A stretch of DNA of 64,000 nt from NCBI RefSeq assembly GCF_009914755.1, contig NC_060948.1; one strand, 5' to 3'. This DNA comes from the human T2T-CHM13v2.0 reference genome, Homo sapiens. The notes beneath the pieces are model-generated. The model saw nothing but the letters and a program-made list of their open reading frames with translations, made no database searches and was not told the DNA's origin. The translations under genes were made by a program, and so were the position numbers. Below, piece after piece: positions 28,174-42,744 of this stretch; position 1 is the stretch's first letter; the number at the start of each line of letters is the position of its first letter.

Positions 28174-28770
28174 TGTTGGGATTCACTCAGGATGGTGGCA
28201 GAAATAGTAAAGGGAAATATTAGGGGAAGTTCTAGGGAATAGTCACAAACCTTTCGTAAGGCCAAAAGGTTACCCAGCTTGTAATAATTGAACAGATTGA
28301 AGGCAGCTAGTTCTTACCTTGGAACATTATGTCATAGGGTAAATACAAGGGACAATTGAGGCTTCCCCAGTTAAGTCTGTTTATCCTACCTCCATTAACT
28401 AACCTTTGTACCAAATGGCCCTCTCAGGGGGAGGTGGACCAAGGATATTGTCCCCTAATGGTATTCACTTAGACTACAGTACCTGAGCTTTAATCATTCA
28501 TAGAACTACTGTCTTAACCAAGTTCATTATCCTCAAGTGTAATTACTCAAAGCTTCTGTTGGTAATTGTATACTAAATAAATGCCTGGAGTGCTAGCTGC
28601 TCAGGGTCTGCTGCAGTGACAAACCTGTCTTGGTGTGCAGGCAGTCAGACACAGCAGGACTAGCAAAACAGAATACCTGTGTGTCAGTGTACATTTTATT
28701 CATCTGTTGTTTGGGCCAGGGTCTGCAGGCAGACGCCCACAGCTAATGCCCTCTTGTGAGAGGCAACACC
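28174..28770 (+). mobile_element. 3' LTR, LTR22 family (LTR22B-like)
   Basis: Follows purine tract aaaaatggggaaa; starts tgttgggattcactcaggatggtggc; AATAAA at 28576; 3' end uncertain between 28741 and about 28770. Confidence 0.8.
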
Positions 28771-29369
28771 TGTTAGAAAACTCAAACTACTGGTAGTTCT
28801 AGTCAGGGTAGTGGAGTTTGAGTCCTACTAAGATAGAGAGAGTAGACAAAAACCTTTGGCTTCCTATTGAAATTGCAGAAAGGATACACTTTAGGAAGAA
28901 AATCTGGATGCTAAGAATAAAGAGTTCACAATGAGAATAAGGATAAAATCCAAACAGTCTCATCCCAGTAAAGAATAAGACAAAGGTTCTACAACATCAA
29001 TATCACTAGCCAACAATTTCTGATAGAGCAAATGCCAACCTTCTTCAGAGAAAGAAAACAAATCCCTTATCTAAACATGCAACTGCAGTTCACAGAAAAA
29101 TGTTATTACATGTATAAAGAAACAGGAGCATATTGACATAGGAGAGATAAATAAGAAATCAGACTCTTGCATGACCCAAATGTTGGAATTCACACACAAG
29201 GGCCTTAAAACATTTCTTAAAATTGTGTTCAAGGACTTAAAAGAAAAGATAAAAAGGCTGTATCAGCAGAGATAATTCAATATCTGAGAAATTTCAAAAG
29301 TAGATGTTTTTAGTAAGACTTGGAGAAGGCAATAAGGTCAGTGTTCAAGAATGTGGTGGGCAGTATGAC

Positions 29370-29510
29370 TTCTAGATGCTAGAAAAAAAAAAAAGGGAAT
29401 GGACTCTCTCGTAGAGACTCTAGAAGAAATGCAGCCATGCCTACACTTTGATTATAGTTTGCTGAACCCATTTCACAATTCTGATGTCCAGAGCTGTGAG
29501 AAAATAAAGC
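29370..29510 (+). mobile_element. MLT1 (MaLR) LTR fragment
   Basis: ctagaagaaatgcagcc...ctttgatt...ccagagctgtgagaaaataaa resembles an MLT1 3' part. Confidence 0.55.
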
Positions 29511-29839
29511 GTAATCTAAGACCTGAAAAGAAGAAAGTGTCAGCTCTGAGAAGACTAACAGAAAACAGTATGGGAAAAAGCAAAGGGAGAAAGCTCTGAA
29601 CCAAGACAGAACTTGAAAATATGGGCAACTTGAATAAAATACTATTTACTCTGGAATAAGGGGTGGGCCTGAGATATGAGGCTAGAGCACTGGACATGAG
29701 CCTCATCTTGGATGCTGGTAAAGCGAGTAGTTTCTTTCTGCGACATATCCTCCACAAACATCCCTTAAGAAGAATGACTTAATATAAGATATATATTTTT
29801 AAAAGGGAATATTACAGAGAATAAATATAAGAAGGCAAA

Positions 29840-30110
29840 AGTAAGAAAGTGTTAATTTTAGGGAAGCTATTGCAGTAGATGAAGCAAAATATAATGGTGG
29901 CTTGGATTTACAGTGGATATTGAGAGCAGAATATAGTCTGACTGGGAATATTCTGAAACTAAGTTTAGCAGACTTAATTATGGATTTGATGTAAAGTTTT
30001 AAGGAAGGAAGAAATTGAGGATAAATCTTTGGTGTTTTGTCTTGAGTGGTTGATAGTGGCGTTTGGATATTTAGCAGTGCATGCCACTATTAGTAAAAGA
30101 CTCAGTTGGA
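29840..30110 (-). mobile_element. L2 fragment
   Basis: gggaagctattgcagta...atggtggcttgga resembles antisense L2. Confidence 0.45.
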
Positions 30111-31409
30111 AACAGATGCTGCTACTGCCTGAATGCAAAGCTCTTGTTTTTTACTACAGTAAGCTGAAAAATCATCCCTACTTGGTCCCAGGTTTTCTCT
30201 ACAAAAAAAAAAAAAAAAAAAAAAAAAAAGTTGTGAAACTGGTACGATTTTTCTCACCTTTGTGATTCTCTGAGATATATGGCTTTTACTCAATTCCTTG
30301 GTCTGCACATCAAAAAACATGAACTGAATTAATCTATATCCAATTTGTTACACAAATTTATTCATCTGAAAAATTCAACATTTACACACACATTTACATA
30401 CACACAGTCAAGAAATAATGAGATAAATTGGAAAGTATATGAATTGGAACCACAAATAGAATAGTTTTTGAGTCGTGGCACTAGCACTTTCTGATATGTG
30501 TCATTATATATGTCATTTAACCTTTATGAAACTCAATTTTTTATAAGTAAAAACATATATTAATACTCACAATATTGTTGTAAGCATACCAATGAAATTA
30601 CTTTTTACTGTAAAATTAAAAACTAGAAGTGCTTGTTGGTTTCTCAGTGCTCTTACAAAAAATTAATCATTGTAACATTTGAAAATAAGTAGATGTGTGG
30701 AAAATAAATTAATAAACTTCTTTTCTTCTTCCAATTTCAAATATAAGCACCAACAGCAGTTTGGCAATAATTTTCACGAAGTTAATTTTGCATATAAAAC
30801 ATTTGCAAAGATTATGTTCATGTTTATGAAAGTGAAACTGCTATACATACATCCATGTACACACACAATACATGCATATTGTATAATTCGCTTTTGCTAA
30901 AATATATATTTTAGATTTTCTTCCAAAGGAACACATATATCAATCTTATTTGCATTAATAGTTACATAATAATCAATATTATATTTATACCAAGGTTTCA
31001 ATGGATGTACCATTTAATCTTTCTAATTTTGAGAAAAATTCTATAATTCCAAATCTTTAGTATTAATAACAATGATACAATAAACATGATGGCATATTTA
31101 TCTTTTAATCCTGGTAATTTTATTTGTATTTAATAAGTGGTACAAAATGTGAAAACTGGGCCAAGTGCTGTAAGTACCATGTATTGAAATTATTTAAATA
31201 CTAAATTTATGTAATATTAAATAAAATTATAACTATTTAAATACCAAATTACTTTCCGAAAACCTTGTAGTAATCACATTCCTTCTAGAACCTACAATTT
31301 CATCAACAGTGGATGCTACTATTAGTTTTTATTTTTGTAAACTAATGAATGTATTATCTATTATCTTAACTTCATTTTTTTTAATTTGAGAACTAGAAAT
31401 TCTGTTTTA

Positions 31410-31740
31410 TTGTTACCGATCTCTAGAGTGTTGGTTGTTGTTTTTTTTTTTCTAGCCAGAAACGTCTGTGGCTGTGACTCCTTTGTCCAAGATCTTGTCC
31501 AGTGTCAGGAAGAATGAGGTAGAATGAGGTAGCAGAGAAGTGAATGTTGAACAAGAAGAAACATTTTGTTCAGTGTTAGTACAGTTCAAAGGAACGGTTT
31601 GCTCCTCTCTGTAGGCAGGCTTTCCAGTTGAGTGTTCAGCTCTTAGCAGAGAGGAGGCCCTGGAGAGTGTGACTCTTCTCCATGGCAAAGTCATTCAGAG
31701 GTCTCTGCAGGCCTCTGAAGCTCATGTAGCCTGACTTTTG
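31410..31740 (-). mobile_element. ERV1 LTR fragment (LTR27/LTR28/MER52 group)
   Basis: tgttac...gccagaaac...ctgtggc...caggaagaatgagg...cagctcttagcagagagg. Confidence 0.55.
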
Positions 31741-31824
31741 ACAGTTGGCAGATACTTCATTCCAAGGAGTTAGGCCAGTGAGGCCAAATCTTTGATTTGA
31801 ATTAGCACATAGAAACTAGCTCAC

Positions 31825-31855
<31 letters not shown>

Positions 31856-31971
31856 CGGATTCTCGCTCTGTTACCCAGGCTGGAGGGTATTGGCACAATC
31901 TGGGCTCACTGCAAGCTCCACCTCCCGGGTTCATGCCACTCTCCTGCCTCAGCCTCCTGAGTAGCTGGGAG
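31825..31971 (-). mobile_element. 5'-truncated Alu (right arm, AluY-like)
   Basis: PolyT plus right monomer; TSD ct(a/g)gctcacttt. Confidence 0.9.
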
Positions 31972-32151
31972 GCTGGCTCACTTTAATGCTCATGACAAAT
32001 TTGTTCGCACTTTCTATTTCTTAGATTATGTAAAATGTTTATTGAAATCAGTTGGAAATTGGGATGTTATTAGATTCCTTCTCTGTTGGACTTTCTCACA
32101 GGAGTAAAGTATGACAGCACATTTCTTTCTTTCAGTTGAAACAAGAGTACC

Positions 32152-32434
32152 GGCCTGGCGCGATGGCTTATGCCTGTAATCTCAGAAATTTGGGAGGTCA
32201 AGGTGTGTGGATCACCTGAGGTAAGGAGTTCCAGCCCCCTCGTGGCCAACGTGGCAAAAAACCATCTCTACCAAAAATACAAAAATTAGCTGAATGTGGT
32301 GGCATGAACCTGGATTTCTAGTTGCTCTGGAGGCTGAGGGAGGAGAATCACTTGAACCTGGGAGGCAGTGGTTGTAGTGAGCCAAAATCATGCCCCTGCA
32401 GTCCAGACTGGGCAACAGAGTGAAACTCAATCTC

Positions 32435-32462
<28 letters not shown>
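32152..32462 (+). mobile_element. Alu SINE (AluS)
   Basis: Dimeric Alu with long A tail abutting an L1. Confidence 0.92.
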
Positions 32463-32465
<3 letters not shown>

Positions 32466-34975
32466 AAACAATAGAAAAAGAGGGACTCCTCCCTAATTTA
32501 CTTCATGAGGTCAGCACCACCCTGATACCAAAACCTGGCAGAGACACAAGAAAAAAGAAAAGTTCAGGCCAATATCCCAGATGAATATCGATGCAAAAAT
32601 TCTCAATAAAATACTGACAAAACGAATCCAGCAGCACATCAAAAAGCTTATCCACCACAATCAAGTCAGCTTCATCCCTGGGATGCAAGGCTGGTTCAAT
32701 ATAGGCAAATGAATAAACATAATTCATCAAATCAACAGAAGCAATGACAAAAACCACATAAATATGTCAATAGACTCAACACGTCTTCATGCTAAAAATT
32801 CTCAGTAAACTAGGTCTTGATGGAAAGTATCTCCAAATAGTAAGAGCTATTTATCACAAACCCACAGCCAATATCATACTGAATAGGCAAATACTGGAAG
32901 CATTCCATTTTACAACCTGCAAAAGAAAAGGAAGCCCCCTCTCACCACTCTTATTCAACATAGTATTGGAAGTTCTGGTGAGGGCAATCAGAGGAAAGAA
33001 ATAAAGCGCATTCTAACAGTAAGAGAGGAAGTCAAATTATCTCTGTTTGCAGATAACATGATTGCATATTTAGAAAACCCCATCGTCTAAGCCCACAATC
33101 TCCTTAAGCTGAGAAGCAACGTCAACAAACTCTCAGAGTACAAAATCAATGTGCAAAAATCACAAACATTCCTATACCCAAATAATAGAGGGCCAAATGG
33201 TGAGTGAACTCCCATTCACAATTGCCACCAAGAGAAGAAAATCCCTACAAATACAACTTACAAGGGATGTGAAGGACCTCTTCAAGAAGGACTACAAACC
33301 ACCACTCCAAGAAATAAGAGAGAACACACACACATGGAAAAACATTCCATGCTCATGGATAGGAAGAATCAATATTGTCAAAATGTCCATACTGCCATAG
33401 TAATTTATAGATTCAAAGCTATCCCCATCAAGCTACTGTTGGCTTTCTTCACAGAATTAGAAAAACTACTTTAAATTTCCCATGGAACCAAAAAAGAGCC
33501 CACATAGCCATGACAATCCTAAGCAAAAAGAACAAAGCTGGAGGCATCATGGTAACTCAATTTAAACTATACTACAAGGCTGCAGTAACCAAAACAGCAT
33601 GGTACTCGTACCAAACATATACATATATACCAATGCAACAGATCAGAGACCTCGGAAATAACACCACAAATATCTAATATCTACAAATATCTGATCTTCG
33701 ACAAACCTGATGAAACAAATCAATGTGGAGAGGATTCCCTATTTAATAAATGTGGGAAAACTGGCTAGTCATATGCAGAAAATTGTAACAACCCCTTCCT
33801 TACACCTTATACAAAAATTAACTCAAGATGGATTAGACTTAAACATAAGACCTAAAACCATAAAAACCCCCGAAGAAAATCAAGGCAATACCATTCAGGA
33901 CACAGGCATGGGCAAAAACTTTATTACTAGATCACCAAAAGCAATGGCAACAAAAGACAAATTTGACAAATGAGATCTAATTAAATAAAAGATCTTCTGC
34001 ACAGCAAAAGCAACTATCATCAGATTGAACAGGCAACCTGCAGAATGGGAGAACATTTTTGCAATATATCCATCTGACAAAGAACTAATACCCAGGATCT
34101 ACAAAAAACTTAAACAAATTTGTGAGAAAAAAAAAAAACTCATCAAAAAGTGAGGGAAGGATATGAACAGACGCTAGTCAAAAGAAGACACTTATGCAGC
34201 CAACAATCATGGGAAGAAAAGCTAATCATCACTGATCATTAGAGTAATGCAAATCAAAACCACAATGAGATACCATCTCATGCCAGTTAGAATGGTGATC
34301 ACTAAAAAGTCAGGAAACAACAGATGCTGGAAAGGATGTGGAGAAATAGGAATGCTTTTTCACTGTTGATAGGAGTGTAAATTAGTTCAACCATTGTGGA
34401 AGACAGTGTGTCAATTCCTCAATGATGTAGAAGTAGAAATACCATTTGACCCAGCAATCCCATTACTGGGTAGATACCCAAAGGATTATAAATCATTCTA
34501 TTATAAAGACACATGCACATGTATTTTATTATGGCACTGTTCACAATAGCAAAGACTTGCAACCAACAAAAATGCCCATCAATTTTAGACTGGATGAAGA
34601 AAATATGGCATATATACACCATGGAATACTGTGCAGTCATAAAAATGATGAGTTTATGTCCTTTGCAGGGACATGGATGAAGCTGGAAACCAACATTCTC
34701 AGCAAAATAACACAAGAACAGAAAACCAAACACCACATGTTCTCACTCATAAGTGGGAGTTGAACAATGAGAACATACGGATACAGGGAGGGGAACATTA
34801 CATACTGGGGCCTGTTGGTGGCAGGGTATAGGGGAGGGATAGCATTAGGAAAAATGCCTAATGTAGATGATGGGATGATGGGTGCAGCAAGCCATCATGA
34901 CAGGTGTATACCTATGTAACAAACCTGCATGTTTTGCACATGTGCCCCAGAACTTAAAGTATAATAATAATTTTT
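32463..34975 (+). mobile_element. 5'-truncated L1PA (older subfamily), ORF2 3' half plus 3'UTR
   Basis: ORF2 RT peptides ([42 protein letters not shown]); 3'UTR ending cttaaagtataataataa; ORF disrupted. Confidence 0.95.
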
Positions 34976-37129
34976 TAAAAAGAACCTTTTTGAGAAAATT
35001 AAACTTTGAGAATTGTTGCCTTATTTGTGGTTTTGGCTTCTGAATAATATCTAAATGTAATCTCATTACACTTTTTTCAAGTGTTTGGTATTGGAGATAA
35101 TGCTTGTCTTTAGGATTGAGAGTGGAGACTCCCAATTTATGATCAAATAATTTAGCATTATGCATTTGGGACATATCATATCCATTTTAGGATGAGAAGA
35201 CGCTGTTGCTGAGGACTTACTGTTTAAAGTCACAAGAAGGAGCAGACACAAAATGCAGAAGTGAGTTTTCTGGATGCATATGTATATGTGGACCCATAAA
35301 GTGTTATGTCTTTTGTTCAACAAAATTTTATTTGGCTTACATATCCTGTTTAGTGTTGTGGATACAATAAGGTTGAGGAGTCACTCCTTTACTCAAAGAC
35401 TTACAGTAAAATGGGAAAAGTGGAGGTCATCCCCCATTTCATTTCTCTATAACAGTAAAGAAAATTTCAAAAATAAATTTCTAAAAATATGGAATTTATA
35501 TTCTTATGCAAATTGTGTAATATATAGATTTAAATGTAATTACAAGATGTTTTACCAAAACTACATTATTGAGATAAATTAAAAATTATTTAATAATAGG
35601 AGAAATATAACATGTTCACAGATTAAAAGCAATATTTTTAAGATTTAAAATTTTCCTAAATTTACCTATAGATTCAATACACTCTCAACCAACATCTCCC
35701 CATTTGCCTGTATTATTAGTAAAGTTCATCTCATACATGAGATACCATCTTGGATAAGAAAAGAAAGAAGTGAAATGAGAAAACTCAGCATTTGAGTGTT
35801 GTGCTTAAGTGACTATTTTTGTTATTGCATTGAACTAAGACAACTTGATTTCTTTTTTATTTTTAATTTTTTGTTAATACACAGTCATTGTTATGTATTT
35901 ACTTGATTTATTGAATACAATTTTTCCCTATCTTGAGGTTCGAGATGCTCAGGAGGAACATCAGGTAACTTGAAGACATAATAAAGAAGTTAACGATTTA
36001 TTTATACCTCTGAGTATAATGCAGATACATGTAAGACTTCATATAAAGTTCTTAAAACATAGATCTAATTTGCTTATAAAAAGTTGCACCATTTTTAATC
36101 TTTTTAATATCAGTGCTCAATTCATCATCATTCTTCATTTTGGGTATTTCTATTATAAAATTTTATTGACTTTAATTTGGGCATGGAAACACTAGAACAA
36201 TATCATAAATTATATGTCATCATGCATTCCACTATCTCATGAGAAATCGTTAGAAATGAAGTGCAGTGCATAAACAAATTTATTTAATATGTTATTTTCA
36301 TTTATTTAAGTGTTTAGATCCAGATTAAAATTGATGAATATAAGCAAGAATCCAAGACAAGAATGCAAAGTTTTGACCAATGGATGAACATTGCTAACAT
36401 TTTAATCTTTATTATTTTGAGATAAAAATCACGTGTTTTAGATTTGTAACCTCCGTAATTTGTAAACAGTCATGTGTGTGTTGATGTCTGTCTATCATTT
36501 ATCTATATATGTAACTTAACAATAAAACTATAGATAAAAGAACTGAACTTTATATTATCTTTGCAGTAAGTAATATTTTCCTGGTCATTATAGGCTTTAT
36601 TAGTCCATTTCATACACTATGATTTCACAGTAATATGCAAAAAATATTTCTTAATAAACTACATTATTAATCAGCTATATACCTGAACACAAAGTTTGAG
36701 ATAAGGACCAAATATAGCCATTTTTAATAAAATAGTCCAAGGCATCACAATATTCTATGTTCTAATGAGAACCATAGCTACTGTGGATTTAAAATTATTT
36801 TTAATTGCAAATATAAAGTATTTTTGAAGCTAATTAACTTCTGTTGTTTCCTAGAGACAAGATATCTTATCCCTTTTGCTTAGCAGGTGTGTCTATATCT
36901 TAGAGAAGAATTTAGCTGAGGTTGTGTTTGATTAGATTGATTAAATATGCATTTTACTCCATAAAGACAATTTTTATGTGTATTAGTTGGATACCTATTT
37001 CTAAAAACATAGAACTTTTCTTTATTTCATGCTGTTTGCTCCTGTATGCCAGGGATTTCAATAGGGAAACTAGCTGTCTTCTTGAAAATGTGAATATATT
37101 CCTAAACATGTTCACTACCTCATCTATGA

Positions 37130-37645
<516 letters not shown>

Positions 37646-38679
37646 TAATCTCTTTCTCCATTCAACCTTCATACTACTACTATACCTCTGTATCTCATAG
37701 CACCATTCACTTTCTATTTTCTAGCATAGTTAATCAACTTTACAAACATTCCTTGAGGGAGGGATATTTAGTTTATTTATTTTTTTCTCCCACAAAACTA
37801 ATACAATAGTTTATGTGCAATTGGTGCTCAATAAACACTTAAAATGAGTTATTTATTCAGGAGACAGAACACTAATAAATAAGAAATACTAAATAAATTG
37901 TTCAACGAATAAATGAAGTTTACTTTCCCTTTAAGCTTTTTAACCAAAGGTCATGGATATATTCTGAGTTCTTAGTTCGAAATACAAGAATCTAGTCTGA
38001 TTAGATTAGACAAAATAATAATAATAAAGTACATAATCTCACAGAATCTCTGAAAAGGCTAGAGAGCCCTAGTTCCCTTAACAGGAGCAAAGCCTGAGCA
38101 TACAGCAGATGCTGATATATGGAAAATACCATCCATCTCTACCAACTGCTCAGCACTCATGAGATGCAAAGCAGGATCACAAGTCTCTGTTAATGTCATC
38201 CCTTAGGCTGAACACATTTTAGCTAAATTCTACAGAATTAATGTGTGTATCTTCCTAGCACCCACTGTGAATACCTCTCCTTCAAAAATCTATTGCTTGT
38301 GAAAAACCAGGTATGTTTAGCAAGTCATGAAACAACTGTAGTCATTCATTAGTGGTCACAGACTCACATTTAAGCATAACTTTAAAGGTGTCATAGACCT
38401 GACACTTATTGTTCTGAATCAACATTGATCTCATGAAGATGAACTGGAGGTTGAAAGCCTGCAATTACCCACCAGCTAGGTACACCATTATTAGGAATGG
38501 GAATATACTAATTTGTCCCATAAGATATCAGTCTTTCTCTGGGAATTAAAATTAGACTTTTGTCTACACTACACTGGGTTCTGTCTTCCACCGTAAGACA
38601 GAGAATTCCAAGGTTTCCATAATGTGAAACCCCCACCCCTTTTTATGATATGACCCTTGAGTAATTACATCAGCAAATA

Positions 38680-39470
38680 TGTAAATGTGTTATGCTGTTC
38701 CAACAATTACTCCTGATTTGGTTACAATTATCTATATATCATCTCTACTGTCTTGGTCCTCTTCATCTTACCCACGAATGGCAGCCCTAGCCTCCTACTT
38801 GGAGCTTTCACCATCTTTCCCCCTTCCACACTGCAAACTGCCACAGTCAGTCTTCTTAAGCAGTGGTCTGCAAGATGGCTCATCTCGAATAAAAAAGCTT
38901 ACACAAGCTCTCTACTGCCTATTACACAAAATCTTAACTTTGCTAACTTTGAAGATTCTCTATAATCTAGCCCCATTTTATATCTCCACATCTGCCTCCC
39001 AAAATCCACTAACCCATGCTCTTCAGTGACGTCCTGCGGGTCATCTTCTCACAACTCCCAGACTCGTCAGCCTCACTGCCTGTGTTGCTTATAAGGACAG
39101 GCTGCCAGGTACACCTGCAAGGCTCCTATACTCTGCCTATCCACTTCTTATTGATGTGTGAAAAACATACCCAGCTCCTCAAAACCTACCCACCTTCACA
39201 GAACTTCCCCAAGTGCCACATCCCATCTGGAGCACTTTCTTTTCTTCACCCCAAGATATTAATATTCTGCACTGCAACTGAACAATTCACTGTATATTGA
39301 CAGTATGCTGCATTGTGTGTGTCTAAGTGTGAGAGAGCTTGCTATCCTCTTGTATTATTTGCTAATTCAGTATGAACTGGGGAGCCACAGTCACTTCTTC
39401 ACACTGACTTCAATGCTTAACTAAAACTACACTTCTTTCATGTTAACCCAGTAGTCATTCGGAATAATAA
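38680..39470 (+). mobile_element. Degraded L2 3' region
   Basis: Pyrimidine-rich L2-like motifs (tagcctcctac, ccacactgca, ctataatctagcccc); boundaries approximate. Confidence 0.45.
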
Positions 39471-40240
39471 ATACTCGACTTTCAGAAAACATTACCATTA
39501 AGTCCTCCATTAAGTCCTACGATTACAGGAAAAAAAAGGAAGACAAGTGTGAACTTTCCTAAAAAGGGAGATGCACTACACAATAATAACCCCTATGATC
39601 ACCCACATGGGTTCCTGTGCTTTAAGGGATAAAGCACTACAGATACTTCATCCTGCTGCCTCTTACACATCCCTCAGGACCACCACTAGTAACAGAGGAA
39701 TAACCAAGGGATAGCTCTTAAGAAGTATAGCTACAGCCCGACCCAAGCCTCTTGAAGTGCGTATTCTGCATCTAGCACTGGAGAAAAGCCTCGCTATTTC
39801 TGAGCAACACCCTACAAAATGTCACCCGAGAGGACAACACCCAAAATAGTTTAGATTTGTGGGTCATGAGTCCCAATGAGCCTGGGGAAATTCACATTCC
39901 ACACTTGAACTCAAACTTACCCCCTTTTCTCCCCATTTCAGTTGCCAACATCCAAACTCGCTGTTGATTGCCAGCTCCTGCTCCTTGCAGCAGCCCAGCA
40001 TGCTCTCTGCTGGTGCCAAAATACCCTTCCACCAAACCCCGCTAACTTCTGGAACTGTCCTAGAGGGGTAAGGCAAGTCCCGTATTTTGCTTCCTCTGTG
40101 CATGTACTTGTTACTCCTTTAAAAACACATATAATACAGCACATTTTAAAAAGGGGCTCTGGGGAGGGACATAATATTCCTATTTTATACCCTATGGGAT
40201 ATAAAATACTGATAGCTTTTAAAAACGGGATTCTCCTTAC

Positions 40241-40367
<127 letters not shown>

Positions 40368-41446
40368 CTAAAAAAGAAAACAGTTTTAAGTTAACGTGCC
40401 CAATGCCCCATCATGCCCTGGGGCACGCAGCACACAAGTCGGTATCTGCAAAAACTCTTTAGCAGATGACCTCTGAAACCTCAGATAATTTGTTCTACCA
40501 CTAAGTTAACCTTTTTGCATTAATCAAAGCTGTTACCTTATTTCAGTGTGAACAAACGTATGACCCTTCTGGCTCCACACTTTAATCCAGGTCCTATCAT
40601 AAAGCAGTATGGTGTGTGCCCCTCAAAATAACCAAGTTAAGATGTGAGATAGTGCCAAAGCACAGTTAACAGCAACATGCTATGCTTATAATAAAAACAG
40701 AAATGCTATGATGTCAGATAAACACAACCGTAAAATGAATCACAAGTGGACAAACTGAGCTTTCAGAAGAGTTTCTAATGACAGAAGCTAGAGACATAAG
40801 ACATGTACTTAATAAGGAAATAGGGCATTTGGGTGGTGAAAGGCCCTGCCATTTTCTGAAAGTTCAAGTTTAACTGCATAAAGCTGAAGGCAAAGTAAAT
40901 AGACAAAGGCCCCAAAACAGAGGGAAAAAGACAACATTCACATGAGTTGTAATTTTCTCCAAACGCCCACAAGGTGAGTATAATGAACAGGCACAGACCA
41001 TAAAGTTCCAGAAAGACATTACTTATTTTTATAGGCAAAACTAGTTTAGTATGTATCACGTCTTTTTTAAAATTAACTTTGAAAACATTTAAAAACCAGG
41101 AAGAAAAAGACTATAGAGCAACTTCTGAAAGCTAGCACAGTATACCTCAGATAACAGTTTGCGTATGTTCCTTTTCAAATATTTTAGAGAGCACATAACA
41201 TTTTTTAAACCAATTTCATGTGGTTTCAAATGAACTAAAAAAATCCATAAAATCCCAATACTTATATAAGAACCTGTCTTACGGTTGTCTAAAAATTACA
41301 GGTGAGCAACCTTTTAATATTAAATCATTACTAGGGTGTCCTGTTACATATAATTCCCTTTGAAAAGCAAGAGTAATTAACAACTTTCTGTAAACAAAGA
41401 TTTTAATATATTTCATTCACTATTTTTGTAAGTCTCTTAAGCTCCC

Positions 41447-41452
<6 letters not shown>

Positions 41453-41492
<40 letters not shown>
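41453..41492. repeat. (CA)n microsatellite
   Basis: About 19 CA units. Confidence 0.96.
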
Positions 41493-41495
<3 letters not shown>

Positions 41496-42744
41496 CAAAT
41501 ACCAGGAGAATAAGCTAATGTTCAGAATGTTTTATCGTGATCATTTTCTTTTCTTTTACTAAAGATGACCATCTAGAGTACATCCTAGGATCTACATTAA
41601 AATTTGTGTGCAGTCAGTCTCTGATTCTCATGGCCTCAGTGATGGTATAGCTGACAGAGTGTCAGTAGCCACAACCTTCTCACCACACACCTTCTCCCCG
41701 TCATCACCAACACTGCAAACTCCAAATTAAAGATTCAATTGTGCACTTGAATGTACAGCATATTCAGTATTTTTTGCCAGAAGCATCAAAATAAAAATGG
41801 ACTTCTGGATAATCTCTTCCACTAGGAATATGACTGCCCAAACCACCTAAATCCTTACATTCAAATTAAGGTTTTAAATCAAAAACACCTGGTAAAGCAT
41901 TTCCAAACACTTTGGCATTATCTTAAACATGCAAATAGTTCAAGTAATTATTAAAACATTTTATGCATTTTAAAAAGGCATTTTTTTTCAAAACAAGTCA
42001 TTGTTCTCACATACAAATGAGAAAATGTTGACAGTATCTGTTTCCCTAAGTTTTTTTAGTACTTCTAATAGGTTTTTCTTGGACTACTGAGTTGGTTCTT
42101 AATGCAAGCATCCATATATACATACAAATTACAAATTTCCAATTGAAAAGAATTAAGTTTGAACAAGACTTTACCAATATTCTTGCATAGTAGATGGCTG
42201 CAAATATCAGATTGTCTCAACCTTTCTTAAGCTCCTTTAAAATTAGAATAGAGTTTTCTGCATTGAAAACAATTTCACGTATAGTTAACAGTTTTAGTAA
42301 ATAACATTTTCAGAAATATATTTTATGGAAATACATATAATTAAACGAAATTTTTTCAATAGTTTCTTAGAGTCCCTTGACCCAAGTAAATTAGAAGAAA
42401 ATGAATTATTCAACCTCACAATAGTAGTTAAACACTAAAACTTAAAATCCCAAGTGCCCTACCCTGACTGGCAGCCACAAGTGAAGACAAATTGCTGGGA
42501 AGCTCAGAAAATGTGGCCAATAAAATGCTGGAATTATTTATTCCCAAGCCCTCATTTTGATTTCCACTTATGTTAATACCACCCTGTCCATTTAGAGGTT
42601 GACATCAGTATCATGCAAAAAGGATGTGGTGGTTCAAAAAACTTTCAATGTCATTACTCTACAATTGTGGCGGGAGGGGAGTATAGATATACAACCTCCT
42701 CTGACTCAGTCCACCAAACTCAGGGCTAAAGAATTCCATCTTGC

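Larger units (their letters stand above)
19228..28770 (+). mobile_element. Defective betaretrovirus-like provirus, HERV-K(HML-5)/HERVK22-type, 5' LTR absent
   Basis: Ordered gag (two CCHC), dUTPase-protease, RT-RNaseH-IN and env remnants, polypurine tract, LTR22-like 3' LTR. Confidence 0.88.
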
